A stretch of 64,000 nt of DNA. Source: Candidatus Poribacteria bacterium (GTDB lineage Bacteria; Poribacteria; WGA-4E; PCPOR2b). Below are positions 21,401 through 30,793 of this stretch, one piece after another. The stretch spans positions 291,913 through 355,912 of the forward strand of contig OZ241983.1 of NCBI GenBank assembly GCA_965204355.1. The letters run 5' to 3'. A program made the position numbers and the translations under genes. Position 1 is the stretch's first letter; each line of letters starts with the position of its first letter. A model generated the notes under the pieces. The model searched no databases. It saw nothing but the letters and a program-made list of their open reading frames with translations, and was not told the origin of the DNA.

Positions 21401-23055
21401 GTACCTATTGTCGTTTCAGATGAAGTGATAATCTCCTCTTTCAGCGGATCTAGCGGGGGATTGGTCACTTGTGCGAATAGCTGCTTGAAATAGTTGTAAA
21501 GCAGTTGTGGCCGGTTAGAGAGTACCGCCAAAGAGGCATCGTTCCCCATCGATCCGACGGGGTCACGACCGATTTTCGACATGGGGCCAAGGAAGATACG
21601 CTGATCTTCAAATGTATACCCGAATGCCTGTTGGCGTTGCAAAATCTTATCGTGATCTTTCGGAGGTTCCTTCGGTTCAACTGCTGGCAGATCTTTCAAT
21701 GCAACGAGGTGTTCGTCTAACCACTGACCATACGGATGCTCAGAAGCGATTTCATCCTTAGCTTCATCATCGCTGATGATGCGTCCCTCCTCCGTATCAA
21801 TCAGAAGGATCCGACCCGGTTGGAGACGCCCTTTAGAGACAACCCGTTCAGGTGGGATGTCCAATACTCCAGTTTCCGAAGCGAGTACGAGCATGTCCTC
21901 ATTTGTGATGTAATAGCGGGACGGACGGAAACCGTTACGGTCTAAAGACGCTCCAACAACCGTGCCATCAGTAAAAGCGATAGAAGCGGGACCATCCCAC
22001 GGCTCCATTAAACAGCTATGATATTCATAAAATGCGCGTCTCTCTGCGCTCATGCTCTCATGGTTTTCCCACGGTTCAGGAATCATCATCATCACGGAGT
22101 GGGGCAGCGATCTACCAGAGAGCGCAAGGAATTCTAGACAGTTATCGAAAATAGCGGTATCACTCCCGTCTTCGTCGAGGATGGGGAAAAGTTTCGGGAG
22201 GTCATCACCGAACAGCTCAGATGCTAACATCGCCTGCCGCGTCTTCATCCAGTTCTGGTTCCCGCGCACGGTATTGATTTCGCCGTTATGAATCATGTAT
22301 CGGTACGGGTGTGACCGCGCCCAACTTGGGAAAGTGTTCGTCGAAAATCGAGAGTGAAGCAGGACAATTGACGCGTCCATCCGAGGGTCTTTCAGTTCGG
22401 GATAGAATTCGGGGACCTGCATCGGTGTAAGCATGCCCTTATAGACGATAGTCCGGCTAGATAGGCTCGGAATGTAGAAATCTTCATCTATCCCGCCATA
22501 TCGGATGATATTAGAGGCACGCTTCCGAATCACATACAACTTGCGCTCAAAGGCGAGATCATCTTCGATATTGCGGTTTCTACCGATAAAGATTTGCCAT
22601 ACAGCAGGTTCAGAAGAGCGGGAAATCGGTCCCAGATGGAAGTTATCGGTGGGAACTTCTCGCCAACCCAAAACCGTCTGCCCCTCTTCGATAACAAGTT
22701 CCTCAAGTTTTTGCTGACAGCGTTGAAGGAGCTCACCGTTCTCGGTCTTGGTGAAAAACACCATACCAACGCCGTACTGTTTGGAATCGGGCAGACTAAT
22801 TCCTACATCTCCGCAGGCGTGTTGAAGAAAGTTGTGCGGGACCTGCATCAGAACGCCCGCTCCGTCGCCGGTGTTTTCTTCGGCACCGCGAGCACCCCGA
22901 TGGTCAAGACAAACCAGCGCATCCAGCGCCTGACGCACGAGCGTATTCGATTTTTCACCCTTGATGTTGACGATAAAACCGATACCACAGGCATCATGTT
23001 CGTAGGCGGGGTTATAAAGTCCTTGCTTTTTGGGAATCCTCATCTTTCCTCTCAT
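18460..23055 (-). CDS. gltB: Glutamate synthase large subunit
   Basis: [56 protein letters not shown]. Confidence 0.97.
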   Translation of the reverse strand: MRGKMRIPKKQGLYNPAYEHDACGIGFIVNIKGEKSNTLVRQALDALVCLDHRGARGAEENTGDGAGVLMQVPHNFLQHACGDVGISLPDSKQYGVGMVFFTKTENGELLQRCQQKLEELVIEEGQTVLGWREVPTDNFHLGPISRSSEPAVWQIFIGRNRNIEDDLAFERKLYVIRKRASNIIRYGGIDEDFYIPSLSSRTIVYKGMLTPMQVPEFYPELKDPRMDASIVLLHSRFSTNTFPSWARSHPYRYMIHNGEINTVRGNQNWMKTRQAMLASELFGDDLPKLFPILDEDGSDTAIFDNCLEFLALSGRSLPHSVMMMIPEPWENHESMSAERRAFYEYHSCLMEPWDGPASIAFTDGTVVGASLDRNGFRPSRYYITNEDMLVLASETGVLDIPPERVVSKGRLQPGRILLIDTEEGRIISDDEAKDEIASEHPYGQWLDEHLVALKDLPAVEPKEPPKDHDKILQRQQAFGYTFEDQRIFLGPMSKIGRDPVGSMGNDASLAVLSNRPQLLYNYFKQLFAQVTNPPLDPLKEEIITSSETTIGTERNLLVPEPESCRQIRLDTPVISDEELEQLRQVDQPGFKSTTLPILFNVADGEGGLETAMDDLFEAADRAIDEGYTIIILSDRGVNEKSAPIPALLAVSGLHHHLIRRGTRTKVGIALESGEPREVHHFCLLTGYGVQAVNPYMAFESLADMIAEGQLTDIGYKDAVKGYIKSATKGVVKVMAKMGISTIKSYRGAQIFEAIGIKQEVVDRYFTWTETRVEGVGLDVIAREALMRHRAAFPDIPVDNRTLDVGGHFQWRQDGEYHLFNPATIHKLQLAARTNNYDVYKDYAKLINDYAQNMATLRGLLELKFPNEPIPIDEVEPVEEICRRFKSGAMSYGSISKEAHEALAIAMNRIGGKSNTGEGGEDPARYFLEPNGDSKNSAIKQVASGRFGVTSNYLVNAQELQIKMAQGAKPGEGGELPGRKVYPWIATVRHSTPGVELISPPPHHDIYSIEDLAQLIHDLKNSNHHARINVKLVSEVGVGTIAAGVAKGHADVVLISGLDGGTGASPQTSIKHAGLPWELGVAETHQTLVLNNLRSRIIVETDGQLKTGRDVIVAALLGAEEFGFATTALVTLGCIMMRVCHLDTCPVGVATQNPELREKFMGDPSHVVNFMHFIAQDMREIMAELGVRTVNELIGRTDLLEPTKAVDHWKAKGIDLAPILYQPQVGPEIGRYCQIDQDHGLDKALDNEVLLDFCEPTLRDGTKVAGSFPIKNTNRVVGTILGSELTRRHGPEGLPDDTVDIRFEGSAGQSFGAFTPPGVTFRLEGDANDYFGKGLCGSKLIVYPPKESTFKAEENIIIGNVAFYGATNGEAYIRGMAGERFCVRNSGVRAVVEAVGDHGCEYMTGGRVVVLGKTGRNFAGGMSGGIAYVLDRDGDFHIRCNQEQCDLERLEDPVEVSEVKGMIQRHAEYTGSELALEILEDWENTLPQFVKVMPQDYKRILDALEEAQTEGFEGDDAWLEAFRRGVAAEEAA

Positions 23056-23506
23056 GTTGTCCTTTCCTATTCTACTGCGTTCCGAGAATCCGTATCTCTT
23101 TGTTACTCGTGCTGCGATTTTTGTTTACTTTATCTCTAGCTTTCTTCTACCCTGATAGCGCCCCAATCATATTCCCTGAATCAATGACAAACACTTTTCT
23201 CAGAATGGATCGGCAGACACAGGAGAATACCCTCCCAATAGTCCAAAACCTAATGATTACTTGCTGAAACATTTCGATGAGATGAAGGTTCAGGAAGGAG
23301 AATCATTTGGTGGGAATCTGTTACGCTCACTTCGAGGACACTACATTTGATGAAAAATTGTGACAAATAGACTTGTTATAATACATCACATAAGTGTTCG
23401 TGTCAAGTAAATTTCCTTGACATCTGTCCAAACAATTTTGGTTGACAATCCCACCCCAAACTTGCATAATAAAAATCCTAAAACATTGAGGTGGAGGGAG
23501 AAAACA

Positions 23507-24232
23507 ATGATCAACTTGAGTGTGAATGTCAATAAGGTTGCGACGTTAAGAAATTCTAGAGGTGAAGATGTCCCAAATGTCATCCAAGCGGTACAAACCT
23601 GCATCAATACCGGCGTACAGGGGATTACGGTGCACCCGCGAGAGGATCAGCGACACATCAAACCCCACGATGTTTACGAAATTGCCGAGATGGTTACTGT
23701 CGAATATAACATTGAGGGCGACCCCCGGCCCGACTTGTTAGATATGGTGATCGAGGTGCAGCCCGATCAGTGCACGCTTGTTCCCGTCACACCGGGTGAG
23801 GTGACAAGCGACCACGGTTGGGATCTGATGGCGGAAGGTGAAGGGCTCAAGCCGGTCATTCAACGGCTCAAGGATGCCGGCATCCGTGTCAGTCTATTCA
23901 GCGGCACAGACCTGCATCAGGTCGAATTGGCGAAGGAAGTGGGGGCAGATCGGGTTGAATTCTATACCGCGCCTTATGCGTGGGCAAAAACGGAGCGGGA
24001 GATTGGACACGAGTTTGGCTTACTTGTCACAGCTGCAGAGAAAGCGGTCAGCTTAGATCTCGGCATCAATGCAGGACACGATCTCAATTTAGAAAATCTG
24101 CCGCACATGAGGAATCTCCCCGGTCTACTTGAGGTTTCAATCGGTCATCACCTGATGGCACACGCCCTTTATGTCGGACTTGAGCAATCGGTGAAGGACT
24201 ACCGGGCTGCGTTGGGTCAAGATGTAGCGTGA
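23507..24232 (+). CDS. pdxJ: Pyridoxine 5'-phosphate synthase
   Basis: LSVNVNKVATLRNSRG, GITVHPREDQRHI, NAGHDL, EVSIGH. Confidence 0.95.
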   Translation: MINLSVNVNKVATLRNSRGEDVPNVIQAVQTCINTGVQGITVHPREDQRHIKPHDVYEIAEMVTVEYNIEGDPRPDLLDMVIEVQPDQCTLVPVTPGEVTSDHGWDLMAEGEGLKPVIQRLKDAGIRVSLFSGTDLHQVELAKEVGADRVEFYTAPYAWAKTEREIGHEFGLLVTAAEKAVSLDLGINAGHDLNLENLPHMRNLPGLLEVSIGHHLMAHALYVGLEQSVKDYRAALGQDVA

Positions 24233-24373
24233 CCATTTTTCTTGTCAAATGATACAATTTAATCAGTGATTCAGACAATGGCACCGTTTCGAGTTTAGCA
24301 GTAATCTATCTTGTAGAAGCGTGAATAGTGATCTTCCATTTACAATTTGTCAGTTGTCGCTTACAATCGGGCT

Positions 24374-24706
24374 ATGGACATAGAAATATATCGAAACCAG
24401 AATGGGAATGAACCTTTTATTGAATGGCTTTCTGCTATTAGGGATAAAGTGACGGTTGCTAGAATCCGAAGTCGCTTGAGGCGAATTGAGGAAACCGAAA
24501 ATTTAGGTGATTATCGATCAGTGGGCGGGGGTGTGTTTGAATTTCGGTTGCAGTTTGGTGCAGGCTACCGGATCTACTTTGGCAAAATCGGAGATGATGC
24601 TATTTTGCTATTGCGAGGAGGGGATAAATCTTCGCAAAGTCGAGACATAGAACGAGCAAAAGGGGATTGGAGAGAACATAATTCAAGGGAGCTAGAAAAT
24701 GAGTAA
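24374..24706 (+). CDS. RelE/ParE-type addiction-module toxin (HI1419-like)
   Basis: PFIEWLSAIRD..RLRR..NLGD..VGGGVFEFRL.FGAGYRIYF..LLLRGGDKSSQSRDIERA. Confidence 0.88.
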   Translation: MDIEIYRNQNGNEPFIEWLSAIRDKVTVARIRSRLRRIEETENLGDYRSVGGGVFEFRLQFGAGYRIYFGKIGDDAILLLRGGDKSSQSRDIERAKGDWREHNSRELENE

Positions 24707-25007
24707 CTATAGAAACTTCAAAGACTATCATATTGAGCAACTACGCGATCCAGAAGACGCAAAGATATATCTTTCTGTTGCACTTGAGGATTATGAGAAA
24801 AACGAGGATATAGAGGCATTTTTGCTTGCAGTGAGAGATGTCGCAGAGGCACAAGGCGGCATGTCTAAATTAGCCAAACGTGTCAACCTAACCCATGAAG
24901 GACTTTATAAAGCCCTTTCGGAAAATGGCAATCCACGACTAAATACGATGGGCAAAATACTGCATGGATTAGGATTCAAATTTTCGATTGAAGCACGAGG
25001 GAACTGA
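24699..25007 (+). CDS. Addiction-module antidote, HTH (HI1420-like)
   Basis: FLLAVRDVAEAQGGMSKLAK..LYKALSENGNPRL; overlaps the toxin stop. Confidence 0.88.
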   Translation: MSNYRNFKDYHIEQLRDPEDAKIYLSVALEDYEKNEDIEAFLLAVRDVAEAQGGMSKLAKRVNLTHEGLYKALSENGNPRLNTMGKILHGLGFKFSIEARGN

Positions 25008-25097
25008 TTGCATTTGAATCCATGTAATCCTTTAATCCGCTTAATCAATAATTCAGACAATCAACGCAGTCTATCAACTCGAATCAAGGAGAACTCG

Positions 25098-26378
25098 ATG
25101 AGAATTTTAGTTGTTGGGAGTGGTGCTAGAGAGCACACGTTTGTCTGGAAGATTGTGCAAAGTCCGCTTGTCGAAAAGGTGTACTGTGTGCCGGGGAATC
25201 CGGGTATCGCCCAAATCGCCGAATGTCGATCCATTCCTCTGGAAGACGACTTCTCGGCAATCGCGGACTTTGCGGAGAAGGAAAAAATTGACCTGACTGT
25301 CGTTGGTCCCGAAGATCCGTTGGCACAGGGCATCGTTGATGTTTTTCAGGCGCGAGGGCTCCGAGCATTTGGACCAGATCGGAAAGCCGCGATTCTTGAA
25401 GCGAGCAAAGATTTTGCGAAACGCTTGATGGCACAAAATGGCATCCCCACCGCCGCACATCGCACATTTGAGGACGCGGATGCAGCAGTCGCTTATCTTG
25501 AGGAGATTAACGCGCCGGTCTTTGTCAAAGCGGATGGATTGGCAGCAGGAAAAGGCGTTATTCCAGGACTAACGCTTGATGCAGCCGTTAAAGCGGTTCA
25601 GGAAGTCATGGTCGATCGAAACTTCGGAAGCGCCGGGGATAAGGTGGTGATCGAGGAAGCGTTATTCGGCGAAGAAGCTAGCTTCACCGTCTTAACGGAT
25701 GGGGCGCACACTCTCCCCTTTGTAAGTTCGCAGGATCACAAGATGTCCTTAGATGGCGACAAAGGTAAAAACACCGGGGGTATGGGCGCGTATTCACCAG
25801 CACCGGTCATGACGCCTGAACTCAGCGAGCAGGTGATGGGTACGATTGTGCGTCCATCTATCAGCGCAATGGCGTCCGAGGGCCGTACCTTCAAGGGCAT
25901 TTTGTATGTCGGATTGATGATTACTAAAGCGGGTCCGAAAGTGATAGAGTTTAACTGCCGGCTTGGCGATCCCGAAGCACAGGTGTTGCTGACCCGTATG
26001 GAGAGCGATCTTGTGCCGATGCTAAATGCCTGCATTGATGGAACGTTGGACAAGGTCGAATGTAGGTGGAAATCCGAAGCGGCGACATGTGTAGTAATGG
26101 CATCTGGTGGGTATCCGGACCCTTACGAAACGGGCAAGGTAATTACCGGGCTAGACCGAGCCAACGCGCTGGAGAACGTGACAGTCTTTCATGCAGGAAC
26201 TCAGATGCAAAACGGGGACATCGCTACGGGAGGTGGTAGGGTACTCGGCGTCACCGCGCTTGGTTGTGACATCAGATCTGCGATTGAAGGTGCATATCGC
26301 GGGGTGAAGGAAATCCACTTTGATCAAGCCCACTTTCGGACTGACATTGGATACCGGGCGTTAGACCGCACTTCATAA
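25098..26378 (+). CDS. purD: Phosphoribosylamine--glycine ligase
   Basis: MRILVVGSGAREH, VVGPEDPL, KADGLAAGKGV, QDHK, NTGGMGAYSP, EFNCRLGDPE. Confidence 0.96.
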   Translation: MRILVVGSGAREHTFVWKIVQSPLVEKVYCVPGNPGIAQIAECRSIPLEDDFSAIADFAEKEKIDLTVVGPEDPLAQGIVDVFQARGLRAFGPDRKAAILEASKDFAKRLMAQNGIPTAAHRTFEDADAAVAYLEEINAPVFVKADGLAAGKGVIPGLTLDAAVKAVQEVMVDRNFGSAGDKVVIEEALFGEEASFTVLTDGAHTLPFVSSQDHKMSLDGDKGKNTGGMGAYSPAPVMTPELSEQVMGTIVRPSISAMASEGRTFKGILYVGLMITKAGPKVIEFNCRLGDPEAQVLLTRMESDLVPMLNACIDGTLDKVECRWKSEAATCVVMASGGYPDPYETGKVITGLDRANALENVTVFHAGTQMQNGDIATGGGRVLGVTALGCDIRSAIEGAYRGVKEIHFDQAHFRTDIGYRALDRTS

Positions 26379-26379
26379 A

Positions 26380-26469
26380 TAAGACTTATGCAGCCAACCG
26401 TAGGTCCTGGCATCCCGATTTATCGGAGATTCTCTCGGACTTGCCCTGCGCTGAAATGCGTAAGTCCTG
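26380..26469. mobile_element. GGACTTACGCA-TIR MITE
   Basis: TAAGACTTATGCA...TGCGTAAGTCCTG. Confidence 0.65.
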
Positions 26470-26485
26470 CGGGAGATGAGCAGCT

Positions 26486-27211
26486 GTGCCGACCTCCGAA
26501 TTTCAATTTCTTGGCGTTTCTCATATCGTCGTGTTAGCCCTAACAATCACGCTGCCCATTGCACTATCGGTGCTGGTGAGGAAAGCGGATTCATCGGCAG
26601 TGACGAATACGGTTTGCTACCTTTTGAGTGCGATATTAATCGTCAATGAAGTTGGGCTTTGGGGTTACCGCATGTCAACGGTGCAATCGTTCAGCGTATT
26701 CTTGCAGAGGTACCTGCCCCTCCACATCTGCGGTGTTGTAGTCTTTGTTGTGGTGTTCGTGTTGTTGCGCCGGAATCAGACCCTTTATGAAATCGGTTAT
26801 TTCTGGGGGCTCGTCGGTACATTAAACGCTATTATCACGCCTCAACTTTGGGTCGATTTTCCGAACTATCGTTTTTTTCAATATTTTATTGCACATGGTG
26901 GCATCGTCGTCAGTGTGCTGTTTGTGACGTGGGGGTTGAAGATGCGCCCCACTCTCAAAGGCTTATTGCGTTCATTCCTACTTGTCAATTTTTATATGGT
27001 AGTCATCGCAGGCGTTAATCTGTCCCTGAAATCTAACTACATGTTCATTTGTGAACCACCGGATACGAAATCTCCCTTCTTCTTCGCGCCTTGGCCCTGG
27101 TATATACCCATTTTAGATGGCGTGGCTCTCGTCTTTTTCTTCGTCGTCTACTCCCCCTTCTTAATTGGCGATTGGCTGAGATCTCTTTCTCCAAAAAACA
27201 ATCACATATAA
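26486..27211 (+). CDS. YwaF/TIGR02206-like integral membrane protein
   Basis: LPLHICG, YFWGLVGTLNAIITP, FFQYFIAH, NYMFI..PP, PWPWYI. Confidence 0.75.
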   Translation: MPTSEFQFLGVSHIVVLALTITLPIALSVLVRKADSSAVTNTVCYLLSAILIVNEVGLWGYRMSTVQSFSVFLQRYLPLHICGVVVFVVVFVLLRRNQTLYEIGYFWGLVGTLNAIITPQLWVDFPNYRFFQYFIAHGGIVVSVLFVTWGLKMRPTLKGLLRSFLLVNFYMVVIAGVNLSLKSNYMFICEPPDTKSPFFFAPWPWYIPILDGVALVFFFVVYSPFLIGDWLRSLSPKNNHI

Positions 27212-27224
27212 AAGGAACTAACGG

Positions 27225-28571
27225 ATGACACAGATGGAACAGAAAAATCCGGACAATGCCTCAGGCGGTCCTCAAATTTTCGGTTGGTGCATGTATGACT
27301 GGGCAAATTCTGCCTATGTAACCACAGTGGTGGCAGGGGTATTGCCAATCTATTTCGCCACAGGGATTGTGGGCAAAGAGGGTGTCCAGATCGGGAATAC
27401 CGTTGTCAGCGCAGACGCGCTCTGGGGTTATCTAATCAGTGCTTCGGCGATGTTCGTATTTCTGTTTGCTCCGGTTCTCGGTGCCATATCGGACTTCTCT
27501 GCATCTAAGAAAAAGTTTCTGATCACATTTGCTTACATGGGCAGCATCAGCGCAACGCTCCTCTATTTTTGCCATTCTGGAGATGTATGGCGAACCGCTA
27601 CCCTATTTCTGGTCGCACAGATTGGATATGTGGCGGCGAATGTCTTCTATGATGCCTTTCTGCCTCAAATCGCTTCCGAGGATAAAATAGACTGGGTATC
27701 CAGCAAAGGGTTTTCCTATGGCTACATCGGCGGCGGATTGCAATTTGCCATTACGTTGGGATTGGTCGCTGGCGGCGGAAGCATCGGGATTGGTCAAGGG
27801 CTCGCAGCCCGCATTGGACTAGGAATGGCAGGCTTATGGTGGGCGGGTTTTACACTTTTTACAGTCAAAAAGCTGAAAGAGGCGGGGGCGATAGAGGCGA
27901 TGCCAGAAAAGTACCAATCGCAACCGAAGATTGTCGCCTATACCGCCATTGGGATAACGCGAACGCTCGCAACGATTAGAAAGGTTCGACGTTTCAAACA
28001 TCTGCTGCTGTTCTTAATTGCTTTCATGATCTATAACGACGGCGTTCAGACCGTTATCAGTATGGCAACGATTTATGGGACTGAAGAATTAAAATTTTCT
28101 GCAACGGTCCTGATGGTTACGTTGCTGATGATTCAGATTATCGCTGCCGGCGGTGCCTTACTATTCGGCAGGATCGCTGGTAAGATCGGGGCGAAACGAG
28201 CTTTGATGTTAGCGTTACTCCTCTGGAGCGGGGTTGTCACCTATGCTTATTTTCTCCATACTGTTACGGAATTTTTCATCTTAGGCGTCGTTGTAGGAAT
28301 CGTACTCGGCGGTTCGCAAGCGCTCAGTCGTTCTTTTTACGGGGCGATGATTCCCGAAGAAGCCTCCGCTGAGTTTTACGGATTTTATTCTGTCTTTAGC
28401 AAGTTTTCAGCGATTTGGGGACCATTGGTGTTTGCCATTATACGGCAAGTTACCGGAACGCCACGATTAGCTATCATTTCATTGATGGTCTTCTTTATTG
28501 TGGGGCTAATTCTGCTCGCCTTTGTGGATGAAGAGAAAGCGAAGGAAGCCAAACATTCCGGGGCATTCTAA
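27225..28571 (+). CDS. MFS transporter, UMF1/Atg22-like
   Basis: WCMYDWANSAY, NVFYDAFLP, GYIGGGL, YNDGVQT, GGSQALSRS. Confidence 0.88.
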   Translation: MTQMEQKNPDNASGGPQIFGWCMYDWANSAYVTTVVAGVLPIYFATGIVGKEGVQIGNTVVSADALWGYLISASAMFVFLFAPVLGAISDFSASKKKFLITFAYMGSISATLLYFCHSGDVWRTATLFLVAQIGYVAANVFYDAFLPQIASEDKIDWVSSKGFSYGYIGGGLQFAITLGLVAGGGSIGIGQGLAARIGLGMAGLWWAGFTLFTVKKLKEAGAIEAMPEKYQSQPKIVAYTAIGITRTLATIRKVRRFKHLLLFLIAFMIYNDGVQTVISMATIYGTEELKFSATVLMVTLLMIQIIAAGGALLFGRIAGKIGAKRALMLALLLWSGVVTYAYFLHTVTEFFILGVVVGIVLGGSQALSRSFYGAMIPEEASAEFYGFYSVFSKFSAIWGPLVFAIIRQVTGTPRLAIISLMVFFIVGLILLAFVDEEKAKEAKHSGAF

Positions 28572-28589
28572 AATCTACTATAAAAATAA

Positions 28590-28753
28590 CAGGACTTACG
28601 CAAAATCCCTTCCTTTGCTGGGGCGATTGGAAGGCGGGAAGAATGGGAGTGAAATTCCAACCAGCCTTCCCACCTTTATGCCTTCCATCCTTCCGTCCAA
28701 CCTGGTCTCGGAACGGACAACGCGCCGATTGGTCAGCGGGTGCGTAAGTCCTA
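28590..28753. mobile_element. GGACTTACGCA-TIR MITE with 5-bp TSD
   Basis: CAGGACTTACGCA...TGCGTAAGTCCTA flanked by AATAA on both sides. Confidence 0.75.
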
Positions 28754-28770
28754 AATAAGAAGGATACCGT

Positions 28771-29946
28771 ATGAATTCCATAAGGAAAATCACGTTTTTT
28801 GCTATCGCAGTGCTTCTGATTGCGGGGCTTTCTGCCTGTGATGAACTGGTTACGATACTCTCTGATGACGAGATGTCAGCGCAGCTACCTGACGAGATTG
28901 AGATAGGGATTGTTCTGCCCTTTTCAGGCAAGTATGTCACAGGACCGGACGATCCAACTATACAACGCTACCTCAACGGATTTTTGATGGCGCGAGATGA
29001 AATCAACGCGGCACAACTTGCGCCGCCCCGTCTTCGATTCATCATTGAGGACGACCAAAGCACCATAGAAGGCGCCCTTGCAGCCTACAACAAGCTGATT
29101 CATGAAGATGGGGTCGCTGCTATCCTGGGTCCCTCCAGTTCGACCCAAGTGGAAATGGCGTTCCCCGTAGCCGAAGCAAACCGACTGGTGGCAATAGGTC
29201 CATCGTCCGCGGCGCAGGGGTTGAGCGGGATAGGGGATTATGTTTTCCGCGTTAACCAGCCGGTGGATAAGATAATCCCCCGCGGCGTCAGGCTCACTCA
29301 TGAACGGTTGGGGTATCAGCGCGTTGCCAAGCTTGTCACGAGCGATGATGTTTACTCGACAAGTGCTGACTCACTCTTTGCCGAATCGCTTGATGCAACC
29401 GGTGTCGAGGTCTTGAGCACGGAAACGGCCCTGCTCCGCGCTGGCGATTACACTGAGCAGCTCACACGCATCAAAGCGTTAAACCCTGATGCTATCTTCG
29501 TCTCGGCACAACCGTTGGATATGCCGGACATTATGATTCAAGCGCGTCAGATCGGCATCGGCACAGACATTCCCATAATTGCACCATTGCTCAGTTCGAC
29601 TGAGGTGCAGGAGGCAGGCGATGCCGCCAAAGGCACAATTACGTTTACCTCATGGTCAATCAAAGCAGAAACACCTAGGAACAAGGCGTTTGTCCGCAAC
29701 TTCCGCGCAAAATACGAATTGGAGCCGAACCTGTTCAGCGCATTGGCTTACACCTCGGTCTATCTCTTGACCAATGCCATCTCCAATGCCGGGTCAATCG
29801 AATCGGACGCGGTTCGTGATGCGCTGGCGGAGACGGAGGATTTTGATACGGTATTGGGGAGTTTCTCCTTCGATGCGGTAGGCGATCCGGTGTATGACCC
29901 GATCATGTTGATTGTGCGAGATGGCGGGCTGGAGGCGTTTGAATAA
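28771..29946 (+). CDS. LivJ/K-type ABC substrate-binding lipoprotein (orphan)
   Basis: Lipobox LSAC; IGIVLPFSG, AILGPSSS, DYVFR, DYTEQLTRIKALNPDAIF. Confidence 0.85.
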   Translation: MNSIRKITFFAIAVLLIAGLSACDELVTILSDDEMSAQLPDEIEIGIVLPFSGKYVTGPDDPTIQRYLNGFLMARDEINAAQLAPPRLRFIIEDDQSTIEGALAAYNKLIHEDGVAAILGPSSSTQVEMAFPVAEANRLVAIGPSSAAQGLSGIGDYVFRVNQPVDKIIPRGVRLTHERLGYQRVAKLVTSDDVYSTSADSLFAESLDATGVEVLSTETALLRAGDYTEQLTRIKALNPDAIFVSAQPLDMPDIMIQARQIGIGTDIPIIAPLLSSTEVQEAGDAAKGTITFTSWSIKAETPRNKAFVRNFRAKYELEPNLFSALAYTSVYLLTNAISNAGSIESDAVRDALAETEDFDTVLGSFSFDAVGDPVYDPIMLIVRDGGLEAFE

Positions 29947-30035
29947 GTGACATTCCCCTACGTGATCGAGCAGAGAGATTTGTTATGGCGCAGCACCCAA
30001 CGGGTTGGGGACACAACACCTACGGATTGAGCCGT

Positions 30036-30155
30036 TGGAGCGGGGGTGTCACCTATGTCTATTTTCTACACACCGTTACGGAGTTTTTCATCTTGGGTAT
30101 CGTTGTGGGGATTGTGCTCGGCGGTTCGCAGGCGCTCAGTCGTTCCTTTTACGGG
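30036..30155 (+). pseudogene. 120-bp diverged fragment of the upstream MFS gene
   Basis: Aligns without gaps to 28224-28343 with 16 mismatches, mostly synonymous. Confidence 0.85.
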
Positions 30156-30326
30156 GTGCCGGGCATCAAATAAACAGATGCAATGCCCCGAATTCACGCT
30201 ACCGTCAAGCAATTTTTTATATGCGATTGCCCTATCCAGACCCTCAAGTTTACCACACCGGCCTCCAAACTCATCCCACTGAAATAGAAAAATCACTCTA
30301 GAACCGAAAAAATAAGCAAAAAAGTA

Positions 30327-30355
30327 TTGACAGCCTTTTGGACATAGTATAGGAT
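30327..30355 (+). promoter_or_regulatory. sigma70-type promoter of the candidate ncRNA
   Basis: A-rich UP region, then TTGACA-N17-TAGGAT. Confidence 0.7.
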
Positions 30356-30360
30356 AGATG

Positions 30361-30551
30361 ATTGTGTGGGCTCCGAGTTGTCGGCTCGAAGCCCACTGAA
30401 GCAAAACGAGATAGGAGCTCGAATCGCTTCGTGATTGTTAGACTGGAATCTAACAATCTTCTATAGTATAACCTTTTACGCTGTTAGTTTCCATCTAAAT
30501 AAAAGGGGCTGCACGATTCGGGATAATCCGACCATGCAGCCCCTTTTTTTT
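30361..30551 (+). ncRNA. Candidate structured ncRNA or cis-regulatory leader, family not recognised
   Basis: Three adjacent hairpins (30366-30396, 30398-30430, 30433-30458) lie between a promoter and an intrinsic terminator. Confidence 0.65.
30501..30551 (+). terminator. Rho-independent terminator
   Basis: AAAAGGGGCTGCA...TGCAGCCCC followed by T8. Confidence 0.85.
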
Positions 30552-30793
30552 AGGTCAACCAACAGCAATAAGGGGTAGGTTTGCACTAAAGTGTGGAGTA
30601 GTGAAATCGGTACTCAGGCTTGCAAAATCGTTCATACAGCAACAAGGCATACATCAGAGAAATCCTCAATGAACACAGGGTTTCGAGGCGTATTACCGAT
30701 GTATGACGTTTTTGGGTGTGCCTTAGATTTCGCCCATAATTTCAGACATTTGATGCTTGCCACACTTAACTGCAGTACTACCAAGGTAGCAAC

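Noticed and set aside
18661-23139. Many plus-strand ORFs antisense to gltB, and similar shadows over icd, lon, degP and the HEAT gene
   Set aside because: These are antisense shadows of strongly supported genes and carry no motifs.
23056-23380. Glutamine (glnA) riboswitch upstream of gltB
   Set aside because: I could not find the conserved glnA-motif sequences on the minus strand.
28224-30155. MFS segment duplication as a DGR template/variable repeat pair
   Set aside because: Mismatches are not confined to adenines (for example T>C and C>A), most are synonymous, and there is no reverse transcriptase in the window.
30560-30790. CRISPR-leader-like stretch after the structured RNA (tracrRNA idea)
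   Set aside because: No repeat-spacer array or cas gene anywhere in the window.
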